Source: an uncultured Chloroflexia bacterium
GTDB taxonomy: Bacteria; Chloroflexota; Limnocylindria; Limnocylindrales; CSP1-4
Direction: 5' to 3'
Length of the DNA: 64,000 nt
Assembly: GCA_963768655.1 (NCBI GenBank)
Contig: CAVYIM010000009.1
Span: 1 to 64,000, forward strand
The position numbers and the translations under genes were made by a program. Every line of letters starts with the position of its first letter. Positions within the stretch are counted from its first letter, which is position 1. Positions 10,941 to 21,420 of the stretch are shown piece after piece. The notes beneath the pieces were generated by a model that saw only the letters and a list, made by a program, of their open reading frames with translations, was not told the origin of the DNA and ran no database searches.

Positions 10941-11927
10941 ATGAGCCGGCGGCTGAACTCCGGCCTCGCCCGAGGGGCCATCGGGGTCTTGATCTCGCTC
11001 GCGTGCGTCTATCTCGTGCTGCGCGGCGTCGATCTCGGAAAGACCGCCGACCTGCTGCGCGGTGCCCGACCCGCCTGGCTGGCGCTGGCCGTCGCGGCCG
11101 TCGCGAGCGATCTCGTCTTCCGGGCGCTGCGCTGGCAGGTCTTGATGCGACCGATCCGCCGCGTGCCCCTTCGCCGCCTCAGCGCCTACATGCTCGTCGG
11201 GTACCTGGCCAACAACGTCCTGCCGGCGCGTCTCGGCGAGCTGGTGCGAGCTCACTACCTGGGCGACCGAGAGGTCATCAGCCGCAGCGCGACGCTCGGT
11301 ACCGTGGTTGTGGAGCGGGTCGTCGACACCGTGGTCCTCGTGGGGATCGGCGCCCTGGCCATCGTGGTTCTTGATGTCCGTGGCGTGGTCGTAAGCGCGA
11401 TACTCGCCGGAGTGGCGATCGCGGGGCTGCTGTGCGTCGCGCTGGCGGTGGCTCTGGCCGCGCATCGGCTGCCCGGGGCGGGCAGGGCGGCCGCTTTCCT
11501 CGGACGCTGGCCGAGGATCGTCGGCGTGGCCACGCGGTTGCGCGATGGCCTTCGCGTGGCGGCCCTGCCTCGAACGGTCGCCGCGGCCGCGATCCTGAGC
11601 GTCGCCGCCTGGAGCTGCACCGTCGTCGCGGTCCTGGCCGTCGGCCAGGCGCTGGGCATTCAACTCACCGTCGGCGAGGGCGCGCTGCTGGCCGCAGGCA
11701 CGAACCTGGCGACGGCGATCCCGTCCGGGCCGGGATACCTGGGCACCTTCGAGTACGCCGGCCAGACCATCGCCCTGGCATTCGGATTGGGCGCGTCCGA
11801 AGGCCTCGCACTGGCTCTCCTGATCCACGTCATTACGCTGGCGGTCAGCTCGATCGGCGGCGTGGTCGCACTCATCCGCCTGGGCTGGTCGCCCAATCGC
11901 TGCCCTGCCGCCGCGCCGGGAGCCTGA
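10941..11927 (+). CDS. Lysylphosphatidylglycerol-synthase TM domain / flippase-like protein (UPF0104)
   Basis: RALRW, NNVLPARLGELVRA, VVERVVD, PSGPGYLGTFE. Confidence 0.88.
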   Translation: MSRRLNSGLARGAIGVLISLACVYLVLRGVDLGKTADLLRGARPAWLALAVAAVASDLVFRALRWQVLMRPIRRVPLRRLSAYMLVGYLANNVLPARLGELVRAHYLGDREVISRSATLGTVVVERVVDTVVLVGIGALAIVVLDVRGVVVSAILAGVAIAGLLCVALAVALAAHRLPGAGRAAAFLGRWPRIVGVATRLRDGLRVAALPRTVAAAAILSVAAWSCTVVAVLAVGQALGIQLTVGEGALLAAGTNLATAIPSGPGYLGTFEYAGQTIALAFGLGASEGLALALLIHVITLAVSSIGGVVALIRLGWSPNRCPAAAPGA

Positions 11928-12087
11928 CCGCCAACCTTCCGCCCGCCGGTGGCCTCTCACCAGGCGGAGGGCGCGCGACCCCGTCCGCCTCGCGCCTCGC
12001 CCGCCTCCGCCGCCCCGCTCGCCTCGCGCGCCGAACTTGCATGAGGGACGAGACGACAGCGCTCCGGAGGGCTATGGTGTCGTCGCA

Positions 12088-12816
12088 ATGACGATGGATC
12101 AGCGCTCCACCCCCGGTGACGACGGCCGCTGGCTCGAGCAGGCCGGCCGCCGTCTCGCCAATCTCGGCTTCGAGCTCGTCGAGCCGGATCGAGTCGCCGG
12201 AGAAGACACGAGCCATCTGCTGGTGGCCATCCGGCCGGCCGCGACGCTGCGGCATTTCGATCCCGAAACGATCGATTGCTGGACCTGCGAGGCGGGCCGC
12301 GGCAAGGCAGCCAGGTTCGAACGCGAGACGCACTATCCGATCTCGACGGACTACTCGTGGGGCCTGATCTCGCTGACTGACAGGCTGGGCGTCACCAACC
12401 AGTTCCTCAGCTTCGGCGGAGCGCTGCGAGCCCAGGTTACGCCCGACACGACGGTCCTCTTCGACTTCGGCTCGCATGCGCCCATCCTGCGCGGCAGCGG
12501 CCACAGCCAGAGCGTCGATCCGCTCGCGGCCGAGGTCGGCGCGTTCTTCGCCCGGATCAAGGTGCCGATCGATTTCGTGCCCGGCGCCGAGGCGCTCGTG
12601 GCGAAGGCGTCCCCGCTCACGCTTTACTGCGCCTTCATACAACACGTTCGGGAGAAGCTCGGGCAGGCCCGCGGCCTGCGCGAAGCCAATCGCTGGCTGG
12701 CCGACTGGAGCTCGCGCGAGGTCCAGCGCATGGAGGCGTCCGCGGCCGAGCACTGGCAGGCCGCCGCGGAGCTGCGCCGGCAGCTCGGCGCGATCGAGGC
12801 CATCGCCCGGGAGTGA
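12088..12816 (+). CDS. Hypothetical protein
   Basis: Non-repetitive ORF with normal amino-acid composition filling the intergenic gap; TATGGT -10 box 9 nt upstream. Confidence 0.7.
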   Translation: MTMDQRSTPGDDGRWLEQAGRRLANLGFELVEPDRVAGEDTSHLLVAIRPAATLRHFDPETIDCWTCEAGRGKAARFERETHYPISTDYSWGLISLTDRLGVTNQFLSFGGALRAQVTPDTTVLFDFGSHAPILRGSGHSQSVDPLAAEVGAFFARIKVPIDFVPGAEALVAKASPLTLYCAFIQHVREKLGQARGLREANRWLADWSSREVQRMEASAAEHWQAAAELRRQLGAIEAIARE

Positions 12817-12944
12817 TCGGCGCGCCACTGCCACCCGGCCGCCCCTCCCCCCGCCCGCTCACCGCCAGATAGTGCGACGGCGCCCTTGCGGGCGCCGTCG
12901 CTGCGTTTCTGCGATTGACTCCGCACCGCGGCGGAGGCGCGAGG

Positions 12945-13946
12945 TCAGGATGGGCTGGCCGTTGGCTCGGCCGTAGCCGTGGGTGCCGCGGTCGCCGTAG
13001 ACGCCGACGTGGCCGTCGGGGCCGCGGTAGGCGTCGCGGCCGCTGCCGACGTCGACGGGGCGGCCGACGCAGACGGGCTCGGCGAGGCGGGATTGAGGGC
13101 GGCGTTGATCGCCGCGACGACGTCGTCGTAGGTCGGCACGGCGTTCGCACCGGCCGCGGCCACTACGAGCTTGCCGTTGACGTAGATGCTCGGCGTGGAC
13201 GTCGCATCGGCGGGAGCTGCCGTCTGCTCCGCCGCCACCTCGGCCAGGTGTGTCCCGTTCTTGACGCAAGGTTCGAAGGTGGCCATGTTCAGCCCCGCGG
13301 CCTGTCCGAGGGCAATCAGCCGGTCCAGCGTGAAGGCGCCCGCGGCCTCGCGAGGCGATTGGTTGGTGAACAGCCAGTCGTGGTAGGGCCAGAACTGGCC
13401 CTGGTCGTTGGCGCACAGCGCCGCATTGGCAGCGTCACGAGACTCGGTGCTCGGTGGCGTCGAATGCGAGTCGATGGTCAGAAGATCGTGGAATACGAAC
13501 TTGGCCTTGCCGGTCTTGATGTAGTTGGTCACCAGCTCCGGCTCGACGGTCGTGGTGAAGTCGAAACATGCCGTGCACCGGAAGTCTTCCCACGCGTCGA
13601 TGGTGATCGGGGCGTCGGCCGAGCCGAGGGTCCGCCCGTCGGAGGGAAGGCCGCTGGGCGTTACGACGAACGGAGTGATGGGACTCGACGAGGGGGAAAC
13701 CGTCCCCGATTGCTTGGTCAGCAGGAAGGCGCCTCCAATGACCACTACGCCGATCACGACCGCGATCGCGGTCCAGACCATGAGCGTGCCGAATCCGGTG
13801 CCGGAGGTACCAGACGTGCTGGCCCGGGCCAGCGCTCGGTTGGCTTCTCTCTGCGCCAGGCGCTGCTGCCGAGCCGACCGCCGGCTCGTGGGTGGCGTGC
13901 TCTTACCGGTGGGGCCCGGTCGACCGCCTGGACGGCTTTGAGTCAT
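12945..13946 (-). CDS. Membrane-anchored DsbA-family thioredoxin-fold oxidoreductase
   Basis: TM helix, LGSADAPITI, EDFRCTAC (CxxC), cis-Pro STPSIYVNG. Confidence 0.9.
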   Translation of the reverse strand: MTQSRPGGRPGPTGKSTPPTSRRSARQQRLAQREANRALARASTSGTSGTGFGTLMVWTAIAVVIGVVVIGGAFLLTKQSGTVSPSSSPITPFVVTPSGLPSDGRTLGSADAPITIDAWEDFRCTACFDFTTTVEPELVTNYIKTGKAKFVFHDLLTIDSHSTPPSTESRDAANAALCANDQGQFWPYHDWLFTNQSPREAAGAFTLDRLIALGQAAGLNMATFEPCVKNGTHLAEVAAEQTAAPADATSTPSIYVNGKLVVAAAGANAVPTYDDVVAAINAALNPASPSPSASAAPSTSAAAATPTAAPTATSASTATAAPTATAEPTASPS

Positions 13947-13985
13947 GGAGGAATTCCCTCTTTCGAAATGGTTGACGACTGCCCG

Positions 13986-14507
13986 TCAGGCCAGCTCGTC
14001 GGCCGAAACCGACTGGGGTTTCGGCGTCCGCAGGAAGACCCACAGGGCTATCAGGAAACGAAGGATGAGCGAGATTCCGTAGGACTCGCACCAGATGCAG
14101 ATGGCGCCGATGAGGAAGATCTGGGCGAACTGGAACCAGCCCTCGAACAGGACGCCGACGAGCGATAGACCGTAGTGCGCGAGCAGGATCCGGTAGTTGT
14201 TGGTGCGCCACCAGTAGATCGCCAGGCAGAAGAGCGTGATCGAGAGGCAAACCCCGTATACCGCCACCGGGATCCCGAAAAAGGGACGCGAGTACGGGCT
14301 GTTGGCGACGGTCTGGCAGCCGCCCAGGACCGTGCCTCTGGGACACACCAGCTGGCCGCCGCTGAGCTCTTCGTACGAGAGGTACGAGGCGATCCCCAGA
14401 CCGATCAAGTCCAGCGTTGCCAGAACCAGGCCTGGATGGATGTGCCGGATGCGGCCCCAGAGGCCGGCGAGTCCGGAGGGCTCATTCGCCCCTGTCGTGT
14501 CGGTCAT
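13986..14507 (-). CDS. Vitamin K epoxide reductase (VKOR) family protein
   Basis: Loop cysteines C..GCQTVANSPYS..GIPVA and C-terminal CIWC. Confidence 0.9.
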   Translation of the reverse strand: MTDTTGANEPSGLAGLWGRIRHIHPGLVLATLDLIGLGIASYLSYEELSGGQLVCPRGTVLGGCQTVANSPYSRPFFGIPVAVYGVCLSITLFCLAIYWWRTNNYRILLAHYGLSLVGVLFEGWFQFAQIFLIGAICIWCESYGISLILRFLIALWVFLRTPKPQSVSADELA

Positions 14508-14681
14508 GCTCCTGCCTTCGAATTACGCGGTCGGCGGCGAGGCCGGCCCAAACGTTCGCATATCGTACCCGACTCGCGCTTGAGCCTGCCCTGAGCTGAG
14601 GCCGGCAGGGCCGGTCGCGCCGCGCTGCGGACCCGGGCCCGTCGCTCGGCCGCGCCGGGCCGTCGCGCCGGGCCGTCGCGC

Positions 14682-15854
14682 CTACCGCGTGGCCAGGAAC
14701 TCCTCGAGTTCGATGGCAGTGGGCATACCCTCGCGGGCGCCCACGTGTGTGGTAGCAAGTGCGCCCGCGGCCACAGCGCGGCGGACCGCTTCGGCGAGGG
14801 GCCTGCCCTCGGCGATGGCCGCAGCCAGCGCCCCGTTGAAGGCATCCCCGGCGCCGGTGGAGTCGACGGTCGGGACGCGCTCGGCGGGCACTTCCCATAT
14901 GCGAACGCCGTCGGATTCCCTGGCTTTGCGGGCGCTCGCGGCCGCAACAGTCGGGCCGGCCGGTGCGGCGCCGCCGGACTCGCCCGCGGTCGCTCCGTCC
15001 GGCCTGCCGCCGGCCTCGCCCGCCGTCGCTCCGTCCGGCCTGCCGCCGGCAGCCCCGCCTCCGGGAACCTCGCCTCCGGGTGCGACGGCCGACCGACCCA
15101 GCCCGGCTCCCTCTCGCTCCAGGACCATGACGCCGGCCGCGCCGAGGGTCACGATGACCGCCTTGCGGACCCCGGGACCTTCGGGGCCTGGATCCAGCAG
15201 GCGTCGGGCCCGAGAGGGGATCTCCTGGCTCGCATCGGTCCTTCGTCCGGTGCGCAGGGCCTCAGTGTGAAGGAGCATCGAGAGCTCGTTGCGGTTGGGC
15301 GTGACGATGTCGGCCAGGGCGAAGACGGAGCGGTCGATCCCCGTAGCCGGGGCCGGATTCAGGATCGTGGTCGCTCCGGCGGCATGGGCGCAGACGAGCG
15401 CCTCTCGGACGACGTTGAGTGGTACCTCGTTGGACAGGAGCACGACGTCGCCGGTCAACCGACCCAATCGGCTCAGGCAGTCGCGGGCATAGCCCGTTTC
15501 GATGGCGCCGTTCGCCCCGGGTATGACGACGATCTGGTTCTCGCCGTTCGCGTCGTACAGGATCAGGGCGACTCCGGTGGCCTGACCCGGCAGCGAGGCG
15601 ACCATCGAGACGTCCACCCGTTCGGTCGCAAGAGCTCGGCGCGCCTCGACCTCGAACGTGTCATCGCCGAGCGCGCCGATGAACAGCGTGGGGCGCCGCA
15701 ACCGCGAGGCCGCCACAGCCTGGTTGCCGCCCTTGCCGCCCTGGTGCCGATCGTAGCTGCCGCCGGTGACCGTCTCGCCCGGGTGGGGCAGGTGAGGTAC
15801 GCGCGCGACAAGGTCGATGTTGACCGAGCCGACCACGATCACGCGGCCGCTCAT
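14682..15854 (-). CDS. rbsK: Ribokinase (PfkB family) with a low-complexity insertion
   Basis: VVGSVNIDL, GGKGGNQAVA, PNRNE, DSTGAGDAFNG. Confidence 0.85.
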   Translation of the reverse strand: MSGRVIVVGSVNIDLVARVPHLPHPGETVTGGSYDRHQGGKGGNQAVAASRLRRPTLFIGALGDDTFEVEARRALATERVDVSMVASLPGQATGVALILYDANGENQIVVIPGANGAIETGYARDCLSRLGRLTGDVVLLSNEVPLNVVREALVCAHAAGATTILNPAPATGIDRSVFALADIVTPNRNELSMLLHTEALRTGRRTDASQEIPSRARRLLDPGPEGPGVRKAVIVTLGAAGVMVLEREGAGLGRSAVAPGGEVPGGGAAGGRPDGATAGEAGGRPDGATAGESGGAAPAGPTVAAASARKARESDGVRIWEVPAERVPTVDSTGAGDAFNGALAAAIAEGRPLAEAVRRAVAAGALATTHVGAREGMPTAIELEEFLATR

Positions 15855-16026
15855 ACGATCGTGCCTCCACTTCCTGCGCGCCGGCTCCGGCCGCGTGGAC
15901 CGGCCGCTGCTGCAGCCTGATTGTGCGGCAGCGCCGGACACTTGGCACGGTGTTCTCGCCGGGCCACGACCCCGCGCTCGCCGCGGCTGCGCGCTCGCCG
16001 CGGACAGAGACCGCGCCGCAGACAGG

Positions 16027-16056
16027 AAAAGCCCCGTCCGGGCGGGGACGGGGCTT
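16027..16056 (-). terminator. Rho-independent terminator after tRNA-Asp
   Basis: AAGCCCCGTCC..GGACGGGGCTT hairpin with U-tract on the minus strand. Confidence 0.7.
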
Positions 16057-16073
16057 AGAGAATTCGAAGGCGA

Positions 16074-16150
16074 TGGCGGGCTCGACCGGATTCGAACCGG
16101 CGGTCTCCAGCGTGACAGGCTGGCATGTTAGGCCGCTACACCACGAGCCC
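16074..16150 (-). tRNA. tRNA-Asp (GTC)
   Basis: GGGCTCGTGGTGTAGCGG..CTGTCAC..GGTTCGAATCC..GAGCCCGCCA cloverleaf with encoded CCA. Confidence 0.97.
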
Positions 16151-16307
16151 AGCGCCGACGGTGGAGAATAGCATGTGGCGGCGGCCGTGTCCGAGCGATG
16201 CAGTCCGAGCGCCGAGGCCGAGGGACCGCGGCCTAACGGAGCCGCAGTGAGCGGCGATGAGCCGCGGCGAAACCGCGGGCGCAGCCAGCCGACCTATACT
16301 CGACGCC

Positions 16308-17450
16308 ATGACACTCGATGGCCGTGGCGGCCTGGTCGATCTGCGCAGCGACACGGTCACCCACCCCACGCCAGAGATGCGCAGGGCCATGTACGAGGCG
16401 GAGCTCGGCGACGACGTCTTCGGCGACGACCCCACCGTCAACGCCCTGGAAGAGCGGGCCGCGGCGCTGCTCGGCAAGGACGCCGCACTCTTCGTCGCGT
16501 CGGGCACGATGGGGAACCTGGTCGCCCAGCTGGGCCATCTGGGCCGCGGCCAGGAGACGATCGCAGGCGCGTCCACTCACATCGTCTCGGACGAGCAGGC
16601 CGGCCATGCCGTCGTCGTCGGCACCTCGATCACGCAGATGGCCGAGCGCCCCGACGGCACCTGGGACCTCGACGAGCTGAACGACGCCTTCCGGGATCCG
16701 CGCGACCCGCACCAGCCCATCACCGGTCTCGTCGCCCTCGAGAACACCCACGCCCACACGATGGGCCGGCCACTCACCCTGCCCTACGTCCGCCAGGTCG
16801 CCGAGATCGCTCACACACACGGCGTGCCACTCCACGTCGACGGGGCGCGCTTCTTCAATGCGGCGATCGCCCTCGGGGTCGGGCCCCGCGAACTGGCCCA
16901 ACCTGCCGACTCGGTTACGTTCTGCCTGTCGAAGGGCCTGGCCTGCCCGATCGGCTCACTCGTCGTCGGGCCCAGGGACTTCATCGCCCGGGCCCGCCGC
17001 GGCCGCAAGCTCGTCGGCGGCGGGATGCGCCAGGTTGGCGTCCTGGCCGCGCCGGGCCTCGTCGCCCTGAGAGACGGCCCGGCGGGAATGATCGAGCGCC
17101 TGGCCGAGGACCACGCCAACGCCCGGCGCATGGCCGAAGGGCTGGCGGCCCTGGACGGCATCGAATCGGCCGGCGGGCTCGCCCAGCCGGCACCCGGGCC
17201 CCTGGATCCGGACCGCGTCCAGACCAATTTCGTCGTCTTCCGCGTCCGCCGCGACCGGGCCGAGTTCCTCGACGTACTCCGCGGCCGCGGTGTCCTCATG
17301 GTCGAGTATGGGCACAACACCATCCGAGCCGTGACCCACTACGGCGTTGACGCGACCGATGTCGAGCGCGTGCTGGCCGCCTGCCCCGCGGCCCTGCGCG
17401 AGACGTCGCCAGTCGACGTAGCCGCGGCCGCGACCGGGCCGGCCAGCTAG
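16308..17450 (+). CDS. ltaE: Low-specificity L-threonine aldolase
   Basis: [34 protein letters not shown] lysine in CLSKGL. Confidence 0.92.
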   Translation: MTLDGRGGLVDLRSDTVTHPTPEMRRAMYEAELGDDVFGDDPTVNALEERAAALLGKDAALFVASGTMGNLVAQLGHLGRGQETIAGASTHIVSDEQAGHAVVVGTSITQMAERPDGTWDLDELNDAFRDPRDPHQPITGLVALENTHAHTMGRPLTLPYVRQVAEIAHTHGVPLHVDGARFFNAAIALGVGPRELAQPADSVTFCLSKGLACPIGSLVVGPRDFIARARRGRKLVGGGMRQVGVLAAPGLVALRDGPAGMIERLAEDHANARRMAEGLAALDGIESAGGLAQPAPGPLDPDRVQTNFVVFRVRRDRAEFLDVLRGRGVLMVEYGHNTIRAVTHYGVDATDVERVLAACPAALRETSPVDVAAAATGPAS

Positions 17451-17484
17451 CCAGGTCACCATCCAGCATCAGGAGAGGCCTCAC

Positions 17485-19182
17485 ATGGCAGAGCTCGTTC
17501 TCCCCCGGCCCGCCTCCAGGCCGACCGCCGGCCCCGCCGACGAAAGCTTCTGGGGCATCGTCGAGGCCGACTTCCGGCGCATGGTGGAGCAGCATCCGAT
17601 CATGGCCACGTACGTCGGGCTGCACGAGGGAGACGACCGTCTCGACGACGCGTCCCGCGACGCCGTCACGCAGGAGATCGCCGAGGCTCACCGGACCGAG
17701 CGCGAGCTGGAGGCTATCGACCCGAACGAGCTGTCCGACAGCGTCCGCTTCGAGCGCGAGCTGGCCCTCCACAACGTCCGCCGCGAGCTCTTCGACATGG
17801 AGGTCCATCGCGTCTGGGAGCGCCGCTCGACCGCCATGGACGCCGTCGGGGACGCCCTCTTCTCCGTCTTCGCCCGCGACTTCGCCCCGCTGAGCGATAG
17901 GCTCGCGTCGCTGACCTCGCGCCTGGAGGCCGTGCCCGCGTTCCTGGAGCAGCACAAGACCCGCGCCACGGCGCCGCAGGTCCGGCTCTGGCAGGAGCTC
18001 GAGATAGAGTCCGGCGGGGAGATGCCGATCCTGTTCGACGAGGTCAAGGCCGCCGGTCACGGCGCGCTGGACAAGCGCGCTCAGGCCCGATTGGACAAGG
18101 CCGTGGAGAAGGCCTCGGCCGCGGTTGCCGCCTACGTCGACGCCCTGAAGGCCAGGATGGGCTCGACGGTCGAGAGCTGGGCCCTCGGCTCCGAGGCGTA
18201 CGACCGTCTCGTGAGCCTGCGCGCTTTCGACGGCCTGGACGCCTCACAGATCCTCGAGATCGGCGAGCAGCAGCTGGCCCTCAACAAGGCCGCCCGCGTG
18301 GACGACGCCCGGCGCATCGACCCCAGCGTCGACGAGCGCACCGTCGTGGACCGAGTCAAATCCAGGCACCCGGACACCTTCGACGAGGCGCTGGCCGCCT
18401 ACAAGGACGCGATGATGCGGGCCCGGGCTTACATCATCGAACACGGCATCGCCACGATGCCCCCCGGCGAGCAGATCTCCGTCATTCCCACTCCGGAGTA
18501 CCTGCGCACGGTGATCCCGTTCGCCGCCTACTTCGAGCCGCCCAAGTTCGACAAGCATCCGTCGGGCATCTACATCGTCACGCCGTCCGTGCGCGACGAT
18601 CCCAACGGCATGCGCGAGCACTACTTCGCCTCGATCAGCAACACCAGCGTCCACGAGGCCTACCCGGGCCACCACCTCCAGCTGTCGGCCGCGATGGCCC
18701 ATCCGTCGATCGTTCGGCTGCTCACCGACGCCCCCGAGTTCGTCGAGGGCTGGGGAATGTACAGCGAGCAGATGATGCGCGAGCAGGGTTTCGACGATGG
18801 GCCCGAATTCCTGCTGGCGATGCACACCGACGCCATCTGGCGGGCCTGCCGGATCATCCTGGACGTCCGAATGCACCGCGGCGAACTGACCGTCGACCAG
18901 GCGACGGCGATGCTCGTCGAGCACACGGGCTTCGAGCACGCCAACGCCCAGGCCGAAGTCTTCCGCTACACTTACACGCCCACTTACCAGCTCAGCTATC
19001 TGCTCGGGAAAGTGCTGCTGCTCCAGCTCCGTGGCGACGAGCAGCGACGCCTCGGCGATCGCTTCAGCCTGATGCGCTTCCACGACTCGCTGCTGAACAA
19101 CGGCAGCCTGCCGATCAGCTTCCACCGCCGGTTGCTGGCGGCCGAGGCCGACGGCAAGGCGGCCGGAGCGGCGAACGGATAG
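17485..19182 (+). CDS. DUF885 family protein (zinc metallopeptidase-like)
   Basis: HEAYPGHH, FVEGWGMYSE, QLSYLLG motifs; AGGAG RBS. Confidence 0.88.
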   Translation: MAELVLPRPASRPTAGPADESFWGIVEADFRRMVEQHPIMATYVGLHEGDDRLDDASRDAVTQEIAEAHRTERELEAIDPNELSDSVRFERELALHNVRRELFDMEVHRVWERRSTAMDAVGDALFSVFARDFAPLSDRLASLTSRLEAVPAFLEQHKTRATAPQVRLWQELEIESGGEMPILFDEVKAAGHGALDKRAQARLDKAVEKASAAVAAYVDALKARMGSTVESWALGSEAYDRLVSLRAFDGLDASQILEIGEQQLALNKAARVDDARRIDPSVDERTVVDRVKSRHPDTFDEALAAYKDAMMRARAYIIEHGIATMPPGEQISVIPTPEYLRTVIPFAAYFEPPKFDKHPSGIYIVTPSVRDDPNGMREHYFASISNTSVHEAYPGHHLQLSAAMAHPSIVRLLTDAPEFVEGWGMYSEQMMREQGFDDGPEFLLAMHTDAIWRACRIILDVRMHRGELTVDQATAMLVEHTGFEHANAQAEVFRYTYTPTYQLSYLLGKVLLLQLRGDEQRRLGDRFSLMRFHDSLLNNGSLPISFHRRLLAAEADGKAAGAANG

Positions 19183-19189
19183 TGCCCTC

Positions 19190-19891
19190 GTGCTGATAGT
19201 CCCGTCCATAGACATCGAAAACGGCCGCTCGCGCATCGTCCACTGGCCGGGCGCGGCCACCGGCGTGGGGACGCCCAGCGACCGGCCGGATCGGATCGCG
19301 GAACGGTTCGTCGCGGCGGGCGCCACGCTCATACACATCGTGGACCTGGACGGGGCGCGGGCCGGGCGGCCCGCGAATCTCGAGGCCATCGGGCGGATCG
19401 CCAGCCGCGTGGCGGTGCCACTCCAGCTGGCCGGGGGCATGGAGGGCGCGGACAACATCCGCCTTGCTTTTGCCGCCGGAGCCACTCGCGTGGTGGTCTC
19501 CATGGTCATGGCGGATCGCCGGGAAACGCTGCGCGAATGCCTGGCCGTGGCTGGCGACTGGCTGGCTGTCGGACTCGACCCACGCCCCGACCGCATTGCC
19601 GCGTATCCTTGGCACCGACCCGCGCCGCCGAGCCTGATCGACCTGGCCGGCGAGCTGGTGGACCTCGGGGTACGCCGGCTCGTCCTGTCGCACGGCGGAG
19701 CGCGTCCGGACCCGAAGTCCCTGGCCGAGATGGCGCGGACGATCCGCGCCGAGATCTTCGTCGCGGGCGGGTCCGTGGATCTCGATTCCATACGAGTCCT
19801 GCGCGACACGTCGATCGCAGGCATCATCCTCGGAGAACCGCTCCTGTCGGGAGCCGTAGACTTCGCCAAAGCCCTGGAGGCCGCCGCATGA
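19190..19891 (+). CDS. HisA/HisF-related TIM-barrel protein (divergent)
   Basis: IVPSIDIENG, IHIVDLDGA, LQLAGG, GATRVVV, FVAGG. Confidence 0.8.
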   Translation: MLIVPSIDIENGRSRIVHWPGAATGVGTPSDRPDRIAERFVAAGATLIHIVDLDGARAGRPANLEAIGRIASRVAVPLQLAGGMEGADNIRLAFAAGATRVVVSMVMADRRETLRECLAVAGDWLAVGLDPRPDRIAAYPWHRPAPPSLIDLAGELVDLGVRRLVLSHGGARPDPKSLAEMARTIRAEIFVAGGSVDLDSIRVLRDTSIAGIILGEPLLSGAVDFAKALEAAA

Positions 19892-20625
19892 TCCTCGCTT
19901 CTCTCCTGTCGACTCCGCGCCGGGTCGCGACCATAGGCCTCATCGCGCTGCTGGCAGCCGCCTGCGCCGTGCCCATGAGCGCGCCCACGCCCTCGCCCAC
20001 GGCCGAGCCGACGATCCCGGCCGGTCCACCGGCCTACACGCTCGGCCCGACTCCCGGTATCTGCCCGACCTCGGCGCCGCCCTCGATGGCCCCCGGCACG
20101 ACGGCCACGGTCACGATGACGACCAACTTCGGCACGATCGTCATCAAGGTAGACGCCTCACTCGGGGCCAACGGCGCCGGTGCCTTCACCTCGCTGGCCA
20201 GCTGCGGCTACTACAACAACGTCCTCTTCCACCGCGTCGTGCCGGGCTTCGTCATCCAGGCCGGCGACGGCGAGTATGCGCGCCTGCCCAGCTTCGACGC
20301 CGACAAGATGGGCCAGGGTGGCCCGGGCTTTACCATTCCCGACGACGCCGTGACCACCCAATACAAGCGGGGAACGGTCGCGATAGCCAACACGGGCTCC
20401 CCCGATACGGGCAGCTCTCAGTTCTTCATCGTCCTCAGCGACACGGCCTGGACGAGCGGGACGCCGACGACCTACGCCATCATCGGCAACGTCACCTCCG
20501 GCATGGACGTCGTGGACAAGATCGCGCAGCTGCCGCTGGGCGGCGACCCGGCCGCCACGGACGCTGCCCAGGACATGCCCACGGTACCGGCCGTCATCAC
20601 CAGCACGACGGTGACGACCCCCTGA
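19888..20625 (+). CDS. Cyclophilin-type peptidyl-prolyl isomerase, lipoprotein
   Basis: Lipobox LAAAC; FHRVVPGFVIQAGD, SSQFFI. Confidence 0.9.
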   Translation: MILASLLSTPRRVATIGLIALLAAACAVPMSAPTPSPTAEPTIPAGPPAYTLGPTPGICPTSAPPSMAPGTTATVTMTTNFGTIVIKVDASLGANGAGAFTSLASCGYYNNVLFHRVVPGFVIQAGDGEYARLPSFDADKMGQGGPGFTIPDDAVTTQYKRGTVAIANTGSPDTGSSQFFIVLSDTAWTSGTPTTYAIIGNVTSGMDVVDKIAQLPLGGDPAATDAAQDMPTVPAVITSTTVTTP

Positions 20626-20711
20626 TCGACACCTGACCCGAGCCGGAGCCGAGCCAGTCAAACGCGGCTCGCCTGCGCCGGGCCGGCCAACGCCTCACCG
20701 AGGAGATACGG

Positions 20712-21203
20712 ATGACCAAGGCGACCATCGAGACGGACAAGGGCACGATCGAGATCGAGATCAACGACAAGAGCGCCCCAAAGGCGGCTGCCAACTTCAT
20801 CGAACTGGCGCGTAAGGGCTACTACGACGGCGTCATCTTCCATCGGCTGGTCCCGGGCTTCGTGATCCAGGGCGGGGACGGGCAGTACGGCAAGATCGAC
20901 AAGCTGGACAACGGCAGCGTCGGCACCGGCGGCCCCGGCTACAAGTTCGCCGACGAGCCGTTCGAGGGCGACTATGTCCGCGGCGCCGTGGCGATGGCGA
21001 ACGCTGGCCCGAACACCAATGGCAGCCAGTTCTTCATCTGCCTGGCCGATCTGTCGGGCGGTCGGCTGCCCAAGCAGTACACCCTCTTTGGTCGTGTCAC
21101 CAGGGGCATGGAGGTCGTCGATGCCATCGCGGCATCGAAGCGAGACAGCCGCGACCGCCCCATCGAGCCGACCGCGATGCGTTCCGTCAAGATCGCCAGT
21201 TGA
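20712..21203 (+). CDS. Cytoplasmic cyclophilin-type peptidyl-prolyl isomerase
   Basis: FHRLVPGFVIQGGD, AMANAGPNTNGSQFFI; AGGAG RBS. Confidence 0.95.
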   Translation: MTKATIETDKGTIEIEINDKSAPKAAANFIELARKGYYDGVIFHRLVPGFVIQGGDGQYGKIDKLDNGSVGTGGPGYKFADEPFEGDYVRGAVAMANAGPNTNGSQFFICLADLSGGRLPKQYTLFGRVTRGMEVVDAIAASKRDSRDRPIEPTAMRSVKIAS

Positions 21204-21420
21204 CCGCCGGCTGCCGCCTGGCCGTCCCGAGGATGCCGGAGGTTCGGTCGGGCGCCAACGGGCGGGGTGGCAACGCCTGGCCGGCGGACGGCCTTGTGAC
21301 GGCTTTGCAACGACTTTTGCAGGCCGTTCCACAGGACGCAACGAAGCCGTAACGTAACCCTCACAAAGTTGCGGGATATTAACCCGTTCGCACGCCAAAA
21401 CCCTTGGTTTGTAGGCTGAA

